From Lama glama (taxonomy: Eukaryota): a stretch of DNA of 64,000 nucleotides. The DNA lies in NCBI GenBank assembly GCA_028534125.1, contig CM052817.1, forward strand, positions 97,094,001 through 97,158,000. Direction: 5' to 3'. A model generated the notes under the pieces. It had not been told where the DNA came from. It did not search any database and worked only from the letters and a program-made list of their open reading frames with translations. Position 1 is the first letter of the stretch; the number at the start of each line of letters is the position of its first letter. Made by a program: the position numbers and the translations under genes. Of the stretch, positions 25,169 to 36,966 are shown in pieces.

Positions 25169-26175
25169 CCGAGCATCTTTTCCCTGCCTCCATGAGGAGC
25201 TTGAGGGGCAGGGGTGAGGGTGAGTTCCTGTTTTTCCTGCGAGGATGTTCTCTGTCATTGGGATTCACAGCCCTTCCCCTTTCTGCTCTGAAAGTGTCTT
25301 CTCTGTCCTGTCGGGGAAGTGCATGTTGTCCGCCCTCTTGAAAAGTGCGGGATTAATTTTACTGAGAAGCACCACAATTGAGAAAGAATGTGGTCAGTCC
25401 GGGTTAAGTAAATTTCAAGCCATGCAACCTTATGTCACTGGATTAATTTGGCACAGGGTGGAACGTCCCTCAAAAGCCCTTCTTGTTTTAACTTTCCAGT
25501 TGGTTGATTTCTCCTTGAGAGTGACCCCAGAGGGCAGGGGTCAGTTTTGTTAGCTTTACTTCTGTTTTCACCCTTGAGCTCTGTTGAGTGCTGTCCCTGG
25601 ACTCATGTCCCTGGACATTTTCCCAAGGATCCAGGTGCTGCCGTGTCTGTCCTGACCCCCCTCTCCTCTGCACCAGGTTGAAACTCCCCGCCTTACCGCA
25701 GCCTTTGCTTCCTGGTGTCTGGGTGACACTGACCCTCCTCAGACCTGCTCCTCCCTCTGTTTAATCTCCTGGATTTTTCTCCAAAAACCCTTTTCATTAC
25801 AAAGTTTAAAGAGCTCTCTGCAGCCTTGTCAGGATTCCTTAGATGAGCTCACCATCCAGTGTTAACACGGTCTTCCTCCTCCCATGAGCTGTCTCAAGGT
25901 CATTATTTCTTTTCATGCAAATATTTGTAAAATTCTTTTTACAAATCTGTAAAATTCTTTTCACTTTTTTGGGAGGGGTATCTTAATGATATCCATACTA
26001 AGAGTATCCCCTGATCCATAGCAGTTTAGAGGAAGGGCTTGATTTTTACTTTTGTTTGTGTCACAGGTCCTCTTGACCAGGGAGTGGTGAGTTCTGTTCA
26101 TCTTTATGCAGTAGTTTGTGTTTCCTGCTACTCTAGAGATACGAGTTATCTGGAATTCTAGAGGAGAGCAAAACC

Positions 26176-26652
26176 TGTTACTGAAGGCAAGTTTGTGTGC
26201 CCGCCGCACCATGAGGCCAAACAAACTGAGACGTTCAGGTTTGGAGCAGAGAAAGGTTTATTGCAGGGCCCAGCAAGGAGGACGGGGTGGCTCATGCCCA
26301 AGAAAACCCCGAACTCCCCGAAGGGTTTCAGCCAAGCATAGTGAAAGGACAGATAAGGGAGGGTGGTAGCAGGGTACCTGATCAGCTCGTACACAAGCCT
26401 CTGACCGGTGGATGTGGAGGGAACAGGGCGGTCAACACGGTCAACCTCTGGGCACCAGAAGGTCTGGTCGCCATGTACTCTTGATCATCAAGTAATACAT
26501 TTCTTCCCTTCAGTGGTGGTTTTATGCATCTGAAAAACCCAGGAAATATACATGAGATACTATTATCTGGGTGCTTCAGAGAGGAGCTGCAGCAGAGGGT
26601 GTGGGGGAGGGGTCTGACCCTGGAAGGCCCCACAGGGTCCTGCTCGGTTACA
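26176..26652 (-). mobile_element. Solo LTR, probably ERV1 class and lineage-restricted
   Basis: TG...CA termini (tgttac...gttaca), near-matching 4-bp TSD (aacc/aact), minus-strand AATAAA (ggtttattg at ~26256). Confidence 0.7.
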
Positions 26653-28698
26653 AACTTACTCACCTAAAGCTTCCTAAGACCTGTAAGTACAGTACTTAGC
26701 CTTGAATCTGCTTCACACCAACTGGGGGCTATGGATGAACCAAGATGGAGCATCAGTTAGTGCCTGAGGCATCCAGGTGATGTGGACATAGGAGTTCATT
26801 ATAATATTCTTCTTACTTGTCTGTATATATAAAATTATCGATGATAAAAGTTCAATAATCTGACATTTGGTGCTAGCATCATTTCCTTTATACAATTATT
26901 CATTCATCCAACAGGCATTTATTAAGCTGCTTTTTCATGACTTGTACTATATGGACAGGCAGAAAAGATTTAAAAAAAAAAAAAAGCAGATCTTGCTTTC
27001 CAGAAGTCCCAACATTTTGCAAGAAAGACAGTGGTACAACTGACTGACACAGCAGAGGTCTAGTTACCCGGTCTGAAGTTTGTGTTTGAGGTTGGACCTA
27101 TGAGAAGCTAGTGGCTTTCTTTGTCCAAAGCCAGGTTAGGGCCGTTTTTGCACTTGAAAGACTTATGGTGCTAGGCATCCCTTTGTGAATCACCTCAGTT
27201 GTTTCCTTCGGAAGATACGTACCTCCTCCATTCACAGCCGTGAGTCCTGCAGTGGATACAGTGGGTGTGATGGTGAAACGTGAGGTTCCTTTTCCTACGC
27301 CTGCTAGTCCGCTTAGGGAAGAGGTTCGGCACCAAGGGCTTCCTGAGCACCTGGAGCCCCGGATGCTGGCCAGCTCTAGTCACACTGACCGGGAATCCAC
27401 CAGCCAACGCCAAGCAGGCAGGGAGCGTGGGTTTGTCCACATTTTATAAACTCAGACAAGAAACCGAAGCTTGGGGAGTTGAAATTAACTTACCTAAGGT
27501 CACACAGCTTGCTTTATTCATTTACAGCCTGCCTTGTTCCAAAAAGGATTTCAGTCAGTGCAGCCACACAGTTAGAAAGTTCCTTGTGGTCTCTCTACCA
27601 TCCCAAGAAAAACAAGGTCGTATTTTTTTTCTTTTTAAGCTTAAATGATGCATAGTGTTTCAGTCAATATTACTACATGGACGGCTCCCAAGTTTAAACT
27701 GCACAAAAGTGCTTATGTATGTCTCTGTTGGAATGTGTGGAAGGAAGAAAGGAAATTGCTGAATTTGATTTCATAAAGTCATGAGCTTTACATAGTTGCT
27801 GGAACCATGCATGCTGATGCCTGGTCACATGCACGAGAAAATTCTTACCCATCATTGCACCACTGGTGTGTAGTTTGTCATCATTATCCCTTATTCTTAA
27901 TTACTGAAATTGTGCACAGGCTACAGACTGCAGATTGTGCCAAACCAAACATCTAAAGTGGTTGGATTAATAGGTTTTGAGGACTATTTATAATCCTTTG
28001 TAAATGATAGTAATTCTGTCTGTGTTCCTGTAAAGAAACTGCACATCAGAAACTCACACAAAACCTGGGTCGTAATCTCAAGCACATTATTCTCGGTATC
28101 TACCTCCTGTTCCCTTTTATTTGTTGCTGACTGTTTTCTTTTATTGTATATTGAAAATGGAATTTATTTATAGGCTATGTTTTTTTTATTTAGGTAATTG
28201 TTTTTCTTTCCCTACCTCAGCAGTAGGTAAAAGTGGAGACATTCTTTTTCCCGGGAAGGCTTCAAACCCTTGGTTTCTCTGGAATGTTATTTCTCGTTAG
28301 GTGGAAGTGAGGGAAGTGACCCCTAAGAGGATTAGTCATCATTTTCAAAATTTAATGAAGGAATTAGGTCGTTTGTGATTAATGTGCTAATAAGCTCAGA
28401 GTAAGCTGTACTTAACTGATGTATTGATGTGGAAAGGTCTTTGGAGTGATAATTGTTTAATGTGTATAACCACTAGTTCCGTGGTTCCTACAGAACTGTT
28501 TCTTACAACGTCCAGGACCACAAACACATCCACACTTGAACTTTTTTGGAAGTCTGCTGTGGCTTTATCCAAATCCCATGTAACTTAAAAGAAAATTCTT
28601 TCACTTCATTATTCAGATGAATCCAACCTGTTGTAAGTTGTTTCTAATTCTCCACTGTTTCCCCATTCTTGGCAGCTTGCCTGTTCATTACTCTAGGT

Positions 28699-28876
28699 CA
28701 GTGATTCTTAACCAGTTTGAATGTTTCATACCCCATCAAGAATTTGGAAGGTAACAATCAATCCCGCTTTCTGAAAAAATGCAAATGCATATGCGCCACT
28801 CACGTGTGATTTTAGGCCATGTAGTAACACTGAAGTCTGTAAGAGACATCTCTTTATTACAGATAAGGAACTCCTG
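28699..28876. mobile_element. hAT-Charlie MITE (MER117-like)
   Basis: Imperfect TIRs (cagtgattcttaacc / gataaggaactcctg) and 8-bp TSD ctctaggt (28691-28698) / ctctaggc (28877-28884). Confidence 0.65.
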
Positions 28877-29074
28877 CTCTAGGCAAAATTAACTTGGGTG
28901 ATATTGAAATAATTTGATAGAAATGTGGCCCACAATGTGCAATGGGGTAAGTGAAGTTTATCAAGTTATAGGTTTCCACATGTGATGGTATATTACTTTT
29001 TGCTTATGTATTTACCAGTATTATTTATTGTCCATTTATTATCTAAAACAGGTATTTCAAACCACATACTTTCT

Positions 29075-29456
29075 TTTTGTTTGATTTTACTTTTTATTGA
29101 AGTGTAGTTAATTTACAATGTTAGTTTCAGGTGTACAGCAAAGCAGTTCAGTTATACATGTACATACATACATATATATATATTTCTTCAGATTCTTTTC
29201 CATTATAGTTTGTTGTAAGAAATTGAATATAGTTCTCTGTGCTATACAGGATGGATCTAGAGATTATCCTATTAAGTGAATTAAGTTGGACAGAGAAAGA
29301 CAAATATCATATGATATCACTTATATGTGAAATATAAAAAAAGAGAAAAATTTTACTTACAAACCAGAAATAGACTCACGGACATAGAAGACAAACCATA
29401 ATTACCAAAAGCAAAATTGGGGTAGGTATAAATTAGGAGTTTGAGATTAAAAGAAA
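29075..29456 (-). mobile_element. L1 3' end with 5' inversion (twin priming)
   Basis: Antisense 3' end at 29075-~29249 joined to a sense segment at ~29250-29456. TSD cacat(a/g)ctttct at 29063-29074 and 29457-29468. Confidence 0.8.
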
Positions 29457-30218
29457 CACATGCTTTCTCATGACATAAGAGTAAAGACAGATCTAACAAA
29501 AAATAGGTCAGAAAAGGGAAAAACCCTTGATATAAGTCACATAGAGGAAAAAGCCTGGAGACCACCAAATGAAGTTTCCAAAAATTGGCACGGGCTTTCT
29601 CTGTTTTACCCCTAACTTGACCTTCCACAGACGCAGTAGGGGACAGACGCCTAGGCAGTCCTCAGTCACCCCCCTTTGGAGGGAGATAGAGGAGCTGGTC
29701 CGGGCAGCCAGGGGTAAAGATGTGCAATTTCAACAGGGGCAGAAACTCCTCTGGCCACCCTGCTCTGCTGCCAGAGTAGCTGGGGTGTGACATACCAGGG
29801 ACTCCCTCTCAGAGATGCTCCAGGGTCAGTGATCTCCAGCAAAAAATAGAAAGTGAGTCAAAAAGAAAACTCCAAAACCCAATGAAAAAGAACTTCTGCG
29901 GGAGAGGAAGATAAGGAAAATGAATGCTGATGTAGAGTGAGGATTGTCACTTCCCATCCTGGTAACTTCCAGCATGAGCACCTGGAAGTCATCATCTCCA
30001 TCTTCTGCCTGGAGAACAATGGGAAGTGTTTGCTAAACTGGCCACGTAGGACCGATACTCCTGGTGGGGGTGGCGGGCCAAGCCCTCTGCAGGAATCGTG
30101 TACAGTGCAGGTGGGGGCAGTGAACACATACATGGGCATTTTGGCAGAACCACAGGGATGAGGTCAAAGACTAAGGTGCATACGTCCTTGGCTGAGTTCT
30201 TGTCCTCCCCGTACCCAT

Positions 30219-30601
30219 TGGTTATGGATGGAATTGTCCCTCAGAATTCATGTGTCGAAGCCCTAGTAGCCTCCAGGGTGACTCTCTTTGGAGAGGGAGT
30301 CTTTAAGGAGGTAATTAAAATTAAATGATGTCATAGGTTGGGCTCTAATCCAGTAGGACCGCTGTCCATATGAGAAGAGGGAGAGGCACTAAGGATGTGC
30401 ACGCACAGAAGAAAGGCCATGTGAGGACACAGCGAGGAGGAGTCCTGTGTGCAAGCCCAGAAGACAGGCCTCAGAAGAACCAGCCCTGTGTGGAACCTTG
30501 ATCTTGGACTTCTGGCCTCCAGAAGTATGAGAAAATAGGTCTCTGTTGTTTAAGCCACCTAGCTGTGGCATTCCATTGTGGCGACCTTAGCAGACGAATC
30601 C
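30219..30601 (+). mobile_element. MLT1B-like MaLR LTR
   Basis: gtctttaaggaggtaattaaaattaaatga...accttgatcttggacttctggcctccagaagtatgagaaaatagg...tttaagccacc. Confidence 0.8.
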
Positions 30602-30699
30602 ACCATTCTTTCAGGCTACAGAACCCTGGGCAGGGCAGGCAAAGCTGTAGTACACAGAAGAAGGAGACAGACATACCAGATATGGGAAGAGATTCAAGG

Positions 30700-33590
30700 A
30701 GATGTCACCCAAAGTGTAGTGGTGTGAATAGAATGTGTTGACAAAGCTGCCCATTTAAAACATTAATAGGATTGACATCAACCCAAAATATCCTGTGTGG
30801 AGTCTGTGTGAATATATTGCAGCAGAAGGGGAAAAATGTGAACTGTAGAGGAAGAATCTATTTTGGAAGAAATACTATTTGGGGGAAGAGACGACGTGAA
30901 CTTACTATAATTGATCTCTGTAGGAGAACTAAATATTTATTCAGTAAAATGGGAGTTCAAAAATAAAGTGATAAGAGAGGAGTTTTTAAAGGTGCATGCT
31001 GAGCTCAGAAAAGACCGACACCTCCAGCAACATTTCAGCACAGATGAGCAAGTGGAAAATGGAAATGAATAGAATCAGAGGTTAAAACACAGATTATCAT
31101 CATTGAGGAAACAGTCAGATTCAATGAAAGGAGAGAGGTTAGAGGAGTCAGAACAGTAGGCTTGGAGGGCAAAGCTGACCCCCTGGAGGGTGTTGTCACA
31201 GGAGTACAGTGCCACGTACATGGAACACTTTTTTTTTTTTTAATTGAAGTCTAGTCAGTTTACAATGTTGTGTCAATTTCTGGTGCACAGCATAGTGGTT
31301 CAGTCATACATATACATACATATATTCATTTTCATATTCTTTTTCATTGTAGGTTACTACAAGATAGTGAATATAGTTCCCTGTGCTATACAGTAGAAAC
31401 TTGTTTAGAATACAGCTTTAATGATGAGAAGATCATTTTCTGAATCAGAGACTGTAATCTGATCAGAGTGTTCACTGAATGTCAGGAAACACCACTGATG
31501 AATTCTGAGTCATTCAGAATCATTCATATAGAGATACAGTGTGGTTCAGTTATTGGATTTTTGAGGAAGAATAAAAATTGCACTGGGAGAATACATCTGT
31601 TTGCCTCATATTTTCCTACAGCAACTCAGAAGATAATAAAGCAATCTCTAAGTCGAGTTCCTACTTTTGGCCACAAAGGAATATGCCAGATTTCAAAAGG
31701 CAGAAGAAATATAAACCACTGTTTCTGATCCATAATACTTTAAATCCAGAAATTTTAAAACAGTAATAATAATAAAAGAAAACGAAGTCCTTGGCCCTCT
31801 GGAAATTTTTAAAACTTTCATGATTTGTGGATCAAAATGGAAATAAAAAATTGTAGATTACCTAGAAAAATATTATGAAAATAAGCACATTGAATCCTCA
31901 AGGATAGGGAGGAAAATTCTATTCTGAGGGAAATTTATAACCTTTGAAGGTTTTTATTTGTAACTGGATAAGCCAGAAAGAATGAAGTAACTTAAGCTTC
32001 CATCCACTCACCTCCTCCTAAATTTGCAAAAGAAAATAAATATTAAAGATGAAAGTAATTAATTAGGAAAGAAACGAAGATGGCTTTTTATAAATACCTC
32101 CTACATTTCTGAGGGACTACGGAGCGTAAAAGAGAGCATGTAAACCCTGGGCTAGGTTAGTCAAGAAAAAGCAATGAGAGAGATAGCTTACAAATAAATA
32201 GAAACCGATTTGGAAATGACCACCGATACAGTGTGCAGAATTTTGAAAATTTAAGTGAAGTTAGTGAAAGAATAATGAAAGAAACAGAAGATTTTTCAAA
32301 GAGCTACCGTCCATTCCCTAAGAAGCAGCAGGCTTAGACATAATCACAGGTGAATGCGTTTAAACTTAGAAGAAACAGTTGAGTCTGTTGGTATTTAAAT
32401 TGGTCCACAGCACAGGGGAGGGAAACTTGAAATTCTTTCTGTGATGCCAGTAGGGCCCTAACAAAGCCTGTCAAAGGTAAAGTTGTAGATCAGTTTTGCT
32501 TATGAATATTTATGCAGAGATCTTAAATAATACATCAGCAAATAGCAGCAGCACGTTAACAGTATAATATTTCAGTCTTAGCTGAGTTCGTCCCTGAAAT
32601 ATGAGGGCGGCTCAGTATTAGGAAGCACACTAATAGAATACACCACATTATTAAGTCGAAGGAGAAAATCTTTCAGCAGATGCCTAAAAGCACTTCCCCA
32701 AATTTACATATTTCCTAATAAAATACTTTAATAAAGTAGAAATTTTGGATGCTTCCTTAAAATGATTCAAAACGTGTATTTTAACCCTTAAGTTCGTGTT
32801 TGTTTAATTATTGAAATGCTTTAAATGTTGAAATGCTGACTTGATTCACTGTTACTAATTAATTCTTGTCCTGCGACTGTTAGACAAGAAAGTGGAGGGG
32901 GTAGGGGAGCGGGGAAGAGGCAGTATGAAAACTGGAAGGGGAAAATCTTGCATTATTTACAGATAGGATTGTATACATAGATAGCCCAAGAACAGATTGA
33001 AGACGACTCATTGCAGTGAAGGATTAAAAGTAATTACTAAAACCGATAGCTTCTTTATATACAACAAGCAGCAGAAAATACAGTGGGAGAATAGGGTGTA
33101 TTATTGATGGCATTCGAAGAGATAAATTACCCTAAGTGAGGTGTAAGGCTAAGTCGAGAAAAGATAAATCACCCAGGTGTAAGCCTAAATCAAGAGTGAA
33201 GAACACCCACTTGATGAAAACTATGACGCTCCACTAAGGAACGTGGCCCAGTCTCTCTGAGAGGAGGAAATAAGTGGTCTTGTACGTGCCTGATTGGAGG
33301 GTTGAATTGGAGCAGCCTTTCTGAGATGGTTTGGCCGCGCCCAGCAGAGACGAAAGTGCACTTCTGCTTGAAAGGCAGTCTCTCGGCTACAAAACACTCT
33401 ACAGATATTCTCCTAACCTTTTGCAAGAATGTAGGACATGTTCACTGCCGTGTATATTTCTCAATGCAAAAAATCAGAAACAAACGGTCTTCAGTGGTGG
33501 GGAAGAAGGGTAAATAAATTACGCAATGACCAGAGGAAGAAACATATAGTAGGCCATTAAAAAGAACGAGGGAGATTTGTAAATACGGAT
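30700..33590 (+). mobile_element. Very old, degraded sense L1 (ORF2-like remnants)
   Basis: A-rich, with motifs caggcttagacataatcacaggtgaat, tcagcagatgcctaaaagcac, attatttacagataggattgtatacatag. Confidence 0.5.
31228..31406 (-). mobile_element. Cetartiodactyl-type L1 3' end
   Basis: Poly-T followed by aattgaagtctagtcagtttacaatgttgtgtcaatttctggtg...ctgtgctatacagtagaaacttgttt. Confidence 0.85.
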
Positions 33591-33597
33591 ACTGGTT

Positions 33598-34150
33598 GTG
33601 GTGGACCCACCCGAAGGTAACCCAGTGATCCAGGCCCATGGGTGCCGGTGGGACCTGCTTGGTTCTAACCAGTAGAATCTAAGGTGATGGGATTGTTTGC
33701 CATGATTGTTTGGTTATGTACGATTCCATCGGAGCAGACTGGAGAGAGAGGGTCCCCTGCTGGCCTGCAAGAAGCAAATAGCCACGGAGAGGACCACATG
33801 GTAGGAAACTGCGGGAGGCCCCCAGCCCATAGCAGCAAAAAGTCAGGAGCTGAGACCTCCGACTGCGAAGAAATAATTCTACCAACAACTCATGTGAGCT
33901 CAGGAGTGGATTCATCCACAGAGGAGACACCGTAATACAGGCTGGCGGACACCTTGATCACAGCCTTGTGAGCTGAAACCCTGAGTAAAGGCCCCAGTTA
34001 AGATGGGCCTGGGCTCCTGACATGTGGGAACTCTGAGATAGTTGATAACGTTCTTATTTACAACAAGAGGTAGAAAACACAATGGTAGTAAACATGTTTT
34101 CAGCCTGTGAGTTTGTGCTCATTCGTTACACAGCAATAGTAGATGCATGC
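33598..34150 (+). mobile_element. MLT1F/G-like MaLR LTR
   Basis: tgtggtggaccc...gacaccttgatcacagccttgtgag...ttacacagcaatag. Confidence 0.7.
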
Positions 34151-34510
34151 ACTGAAATTGTTTGATCCCCAGGACACTGACATACTATCTCACATTGAAT
34201 TAAATTAAAAAAAAAATCTCGTGCTATTTAGTGATCCAGTTTCCCTTTTGTACCCTCATGTACCCTGGCCTCTTTGGTATATTCCTGGAAAAGGCAAGGT
34301 GAATTTGTACCTTGGGGCCTTTGCACTTACCTGTTTACTTCCAATATCCAGAACGTTGCATGTCTCATAATAGGCATTCGGTTAATATTTGAAGGGATAG
34401 TCAGAAGTTGAGGTGAGGAACTGTATCCCTCTTATGATCCTTTGTACATAGAGATTATACATCCATGCAGGCCCATGCATAGGCAACCTTTAAAATTTTC
34501 TTAGAAGGAA

Positions 34511-34584
34511 ATTGTGCTGAACACTGGAATTTGACACAACATTGTAAAATGATTATAAATCAATAAAAAATGTTAAAAAAATAA
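34511..34584 (+). mobile_element. Short L1 3' end with perfect 20-bp TSD
   Basis: attgtgctgaacactggaatttgacacaacattgtaaaatgattataaatcaataaaaaatgtt plus A tail. TSD taaaattttcttagaaggaa at 34491-34510 and 34585-34604. Confidence 0.88.
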
Positions 34585-35199
34585 TAAAATTTTCTTAGAA
34601 GGAATCAAAGAAACTATTGACAATGATTACCTTGCTGGGGAGGCGAGGACTCAGTATTTTTCTACGTGTGTCAGGATCATCAACAATGTTATCAGGATGG
34701 GCAGATGGTGGCTCAATTGCAGTTTTCTTTTTAGACTTAAAAAAATAAGGCAACCACTGCATGCTTACATTTATGTTATTGAATGAACAAATCAGTACTC
34801 TAGTTCTGGATCTCAGCATGTCAGAATATCTGTCTGTATGACTGGTCTGTTGGACACAACTGGAAATCAGGTTTCAGTCTGAAGAAATGTTAAGCCATGA
34901 GTCTGAATCTTTTTTGAGTTTGAGCTTCTTTCGTTCTTCCACATCTTTCCTTTCTGATAAATGAAGCTCTTGTGTTGCCGTCTTGTCCTTAGATGATGAA
35001 GACATGAAGCAAAGGTGAGAGGAGTGTTGGTACTAAGGATCTGTTTAGCACCTTTTCTTTATTGCAAAGCATTTGTATCTTGGAATTCACTTTGGGAGGG
35101 GTTATTTTGCTCATATCCAAACTATCACCTGCTTCTACACATGATACCAGATGGGAAATGAAATGGAAGGTGGCCACGAATTTGTTCCCACTCCTCCCA

Positions 35200-35670
35200 T
35201 AGAGACAGGAGTCTCAGGGTCTCCTCTTAAATCTTGCTGGCCCCTGAGATCCTTAAGACTGTGGCAGAAGGGACTCAGAACTCTGGCTTGAAGAGACAGG
35301 CCACTTCTTTCCTCTTGGATTCTCCTTCTGGTGGAAGTCAGCTGTCCTGGAGGAGGTCCAGCCACCCTGAGAGTGGCGGGCTGGGAGGAGGCTGGGAGGT
35401 GAGAGGGACAGAGGCGCCCAGCCAGCCCATCCCTGGCGTCATCCCAGACACCAGCAGACAACCAAAACTGAGCTCCCAGACGTAGGGCCCAATCGCCGTT
35501 CCAGACGTGCCCAGCTGCGTGCCGGACCCCCGTGAGGCTGGTCCTTCCTGCTGGGCCGTGTTGCCCGGATCCCAGACCCAGAGAATCGGGAGCATAATTA
35601 AATGGCGCTTGTTGGAAACCGCTAAGCGTGGGAGAGTTCTGTTGAGCAGCCATGGACAGGAGTGTCCCAC
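35200..35670 (+). mobile_element. Degenerate MLT1 (K/L-like) LTR
   Basis: ccagacccagagaatcgggagcataattaaatggcgcttgttggaaaccgctaagcgtgggagagttctgttgagcagc resembles an MLT1 3' end. Confidence 0.5.
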
Positions 35671-36966
35671 TGTTGTGATGAAAATGAAGTTTGGTTGATT
35701 GAGTTTTTCTCCCTATTGCCTTCCAGAGGAGTGCTCTTTTAGGTGGGAAAAGGTATATTTTTTAAGGGTTACGCATTTACAGAACAGCGTGTTATCTGCA
35801 TCTTTCCATACAGTAGAAGTTCTAAAAATGAAAATACGGTACAGGTTCTGCAGGCCATTCATTATCTTCTCATATACTTCTCCCCGGATTGACAGCAATT
35901 TTAGAACCCTAGCCCCCCCGGCTGAGCTTCCACCCTGCCGCCCTCCTCCCTCTTGTCCTTCGCCAACACGGGGACTTGACTTCTCAGTGGGACTCCCGGG
36001 CCTTTTTGGGAACAGTACTCAGTATGACTATAGCACCTGTTTAGTTTTTTTTATTTGTTTGTTTGTCTACATGTTTTTGTGTGACATGTTACGGGAGAAT
36101 CAGGTTAAAATGCCTCTAGGTGCTGTGGCTCTTACTTAGTAAACCTTCAAGAGGCTAGTCATTATGCTCTTGGACTTGTCTGTGGAGGAATCACAAGGTT
36201 AGTATGTGAGGGGGCCGAGCAAAGATCACTTTATTTATAATGAAACGGTACCAGTTTACAAAGCCTTTTCATGTACTTGTTAATATCAGACGTGTGCTGC
36301 TTTTGGAAAGAGAAAGTCAGATTAAGAGGAGTGTTGAGATGAGATTGCTCCCGGGACAGTAATAGCCGTGCACTGTGGGATGTAGTCAGAACCCAGAACG
36401 TGGCCGCCTTGGATTTGGGTGAGAAGAGAGGTCAGGTCCCGGCGTGGCACGGGGTGTGTTTATCAGGGAATCGGAAAGGTTGCCCTGTCCTGCAGAAAAG
36501 GGTGACAGGTCAGCGTGACAGGCAGGCTGCTGTATTGAGTAGTGTGAGTCACTTGGCTCACACAGCTTGGTGAGTGAGAATTTCTTGGGGGGATGGGAGT
36601 ATATTTTCTCACTGAGGGATTCGGGAGTCAACTATTCAAGCCCTGGGTGTTGTATCTGAACCTCTTTTGGAATGCCCCGAGTCTTAACCTTGTAAAACTC
36701 TGGTGACATGGAACTCAGTCTCTCCCAAGTCAGCCCGCCCAGGAGTTGTGTGACTTCACCAGTCCAGAAAGTTGTCCCCCTCGTGTTCAGCTGACATGTG
36801 CCTCTTTCAATTCCCAGCCCATGAGCCCTGGTTTAATCTCTGGGCTGTGTACAAGATGAACCCCCTTCCATGTGAGAGTGTTTTTGGAATAGATCCTGTT
36901 GGATTTCTTTCCAGGTCCTGCACTTGTATGACTTTGTTTTGGATTTCCTACCTTCTGGTGACATTC

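Noticed and set aside
35135..35653. Longest ORF (172 aa, minus strand) in a GC-richer patch
   Set aside because: It lies within a degenerate MLT1-like LTR, overlaps several other ORFs, and has no recognisable homology or splice context.
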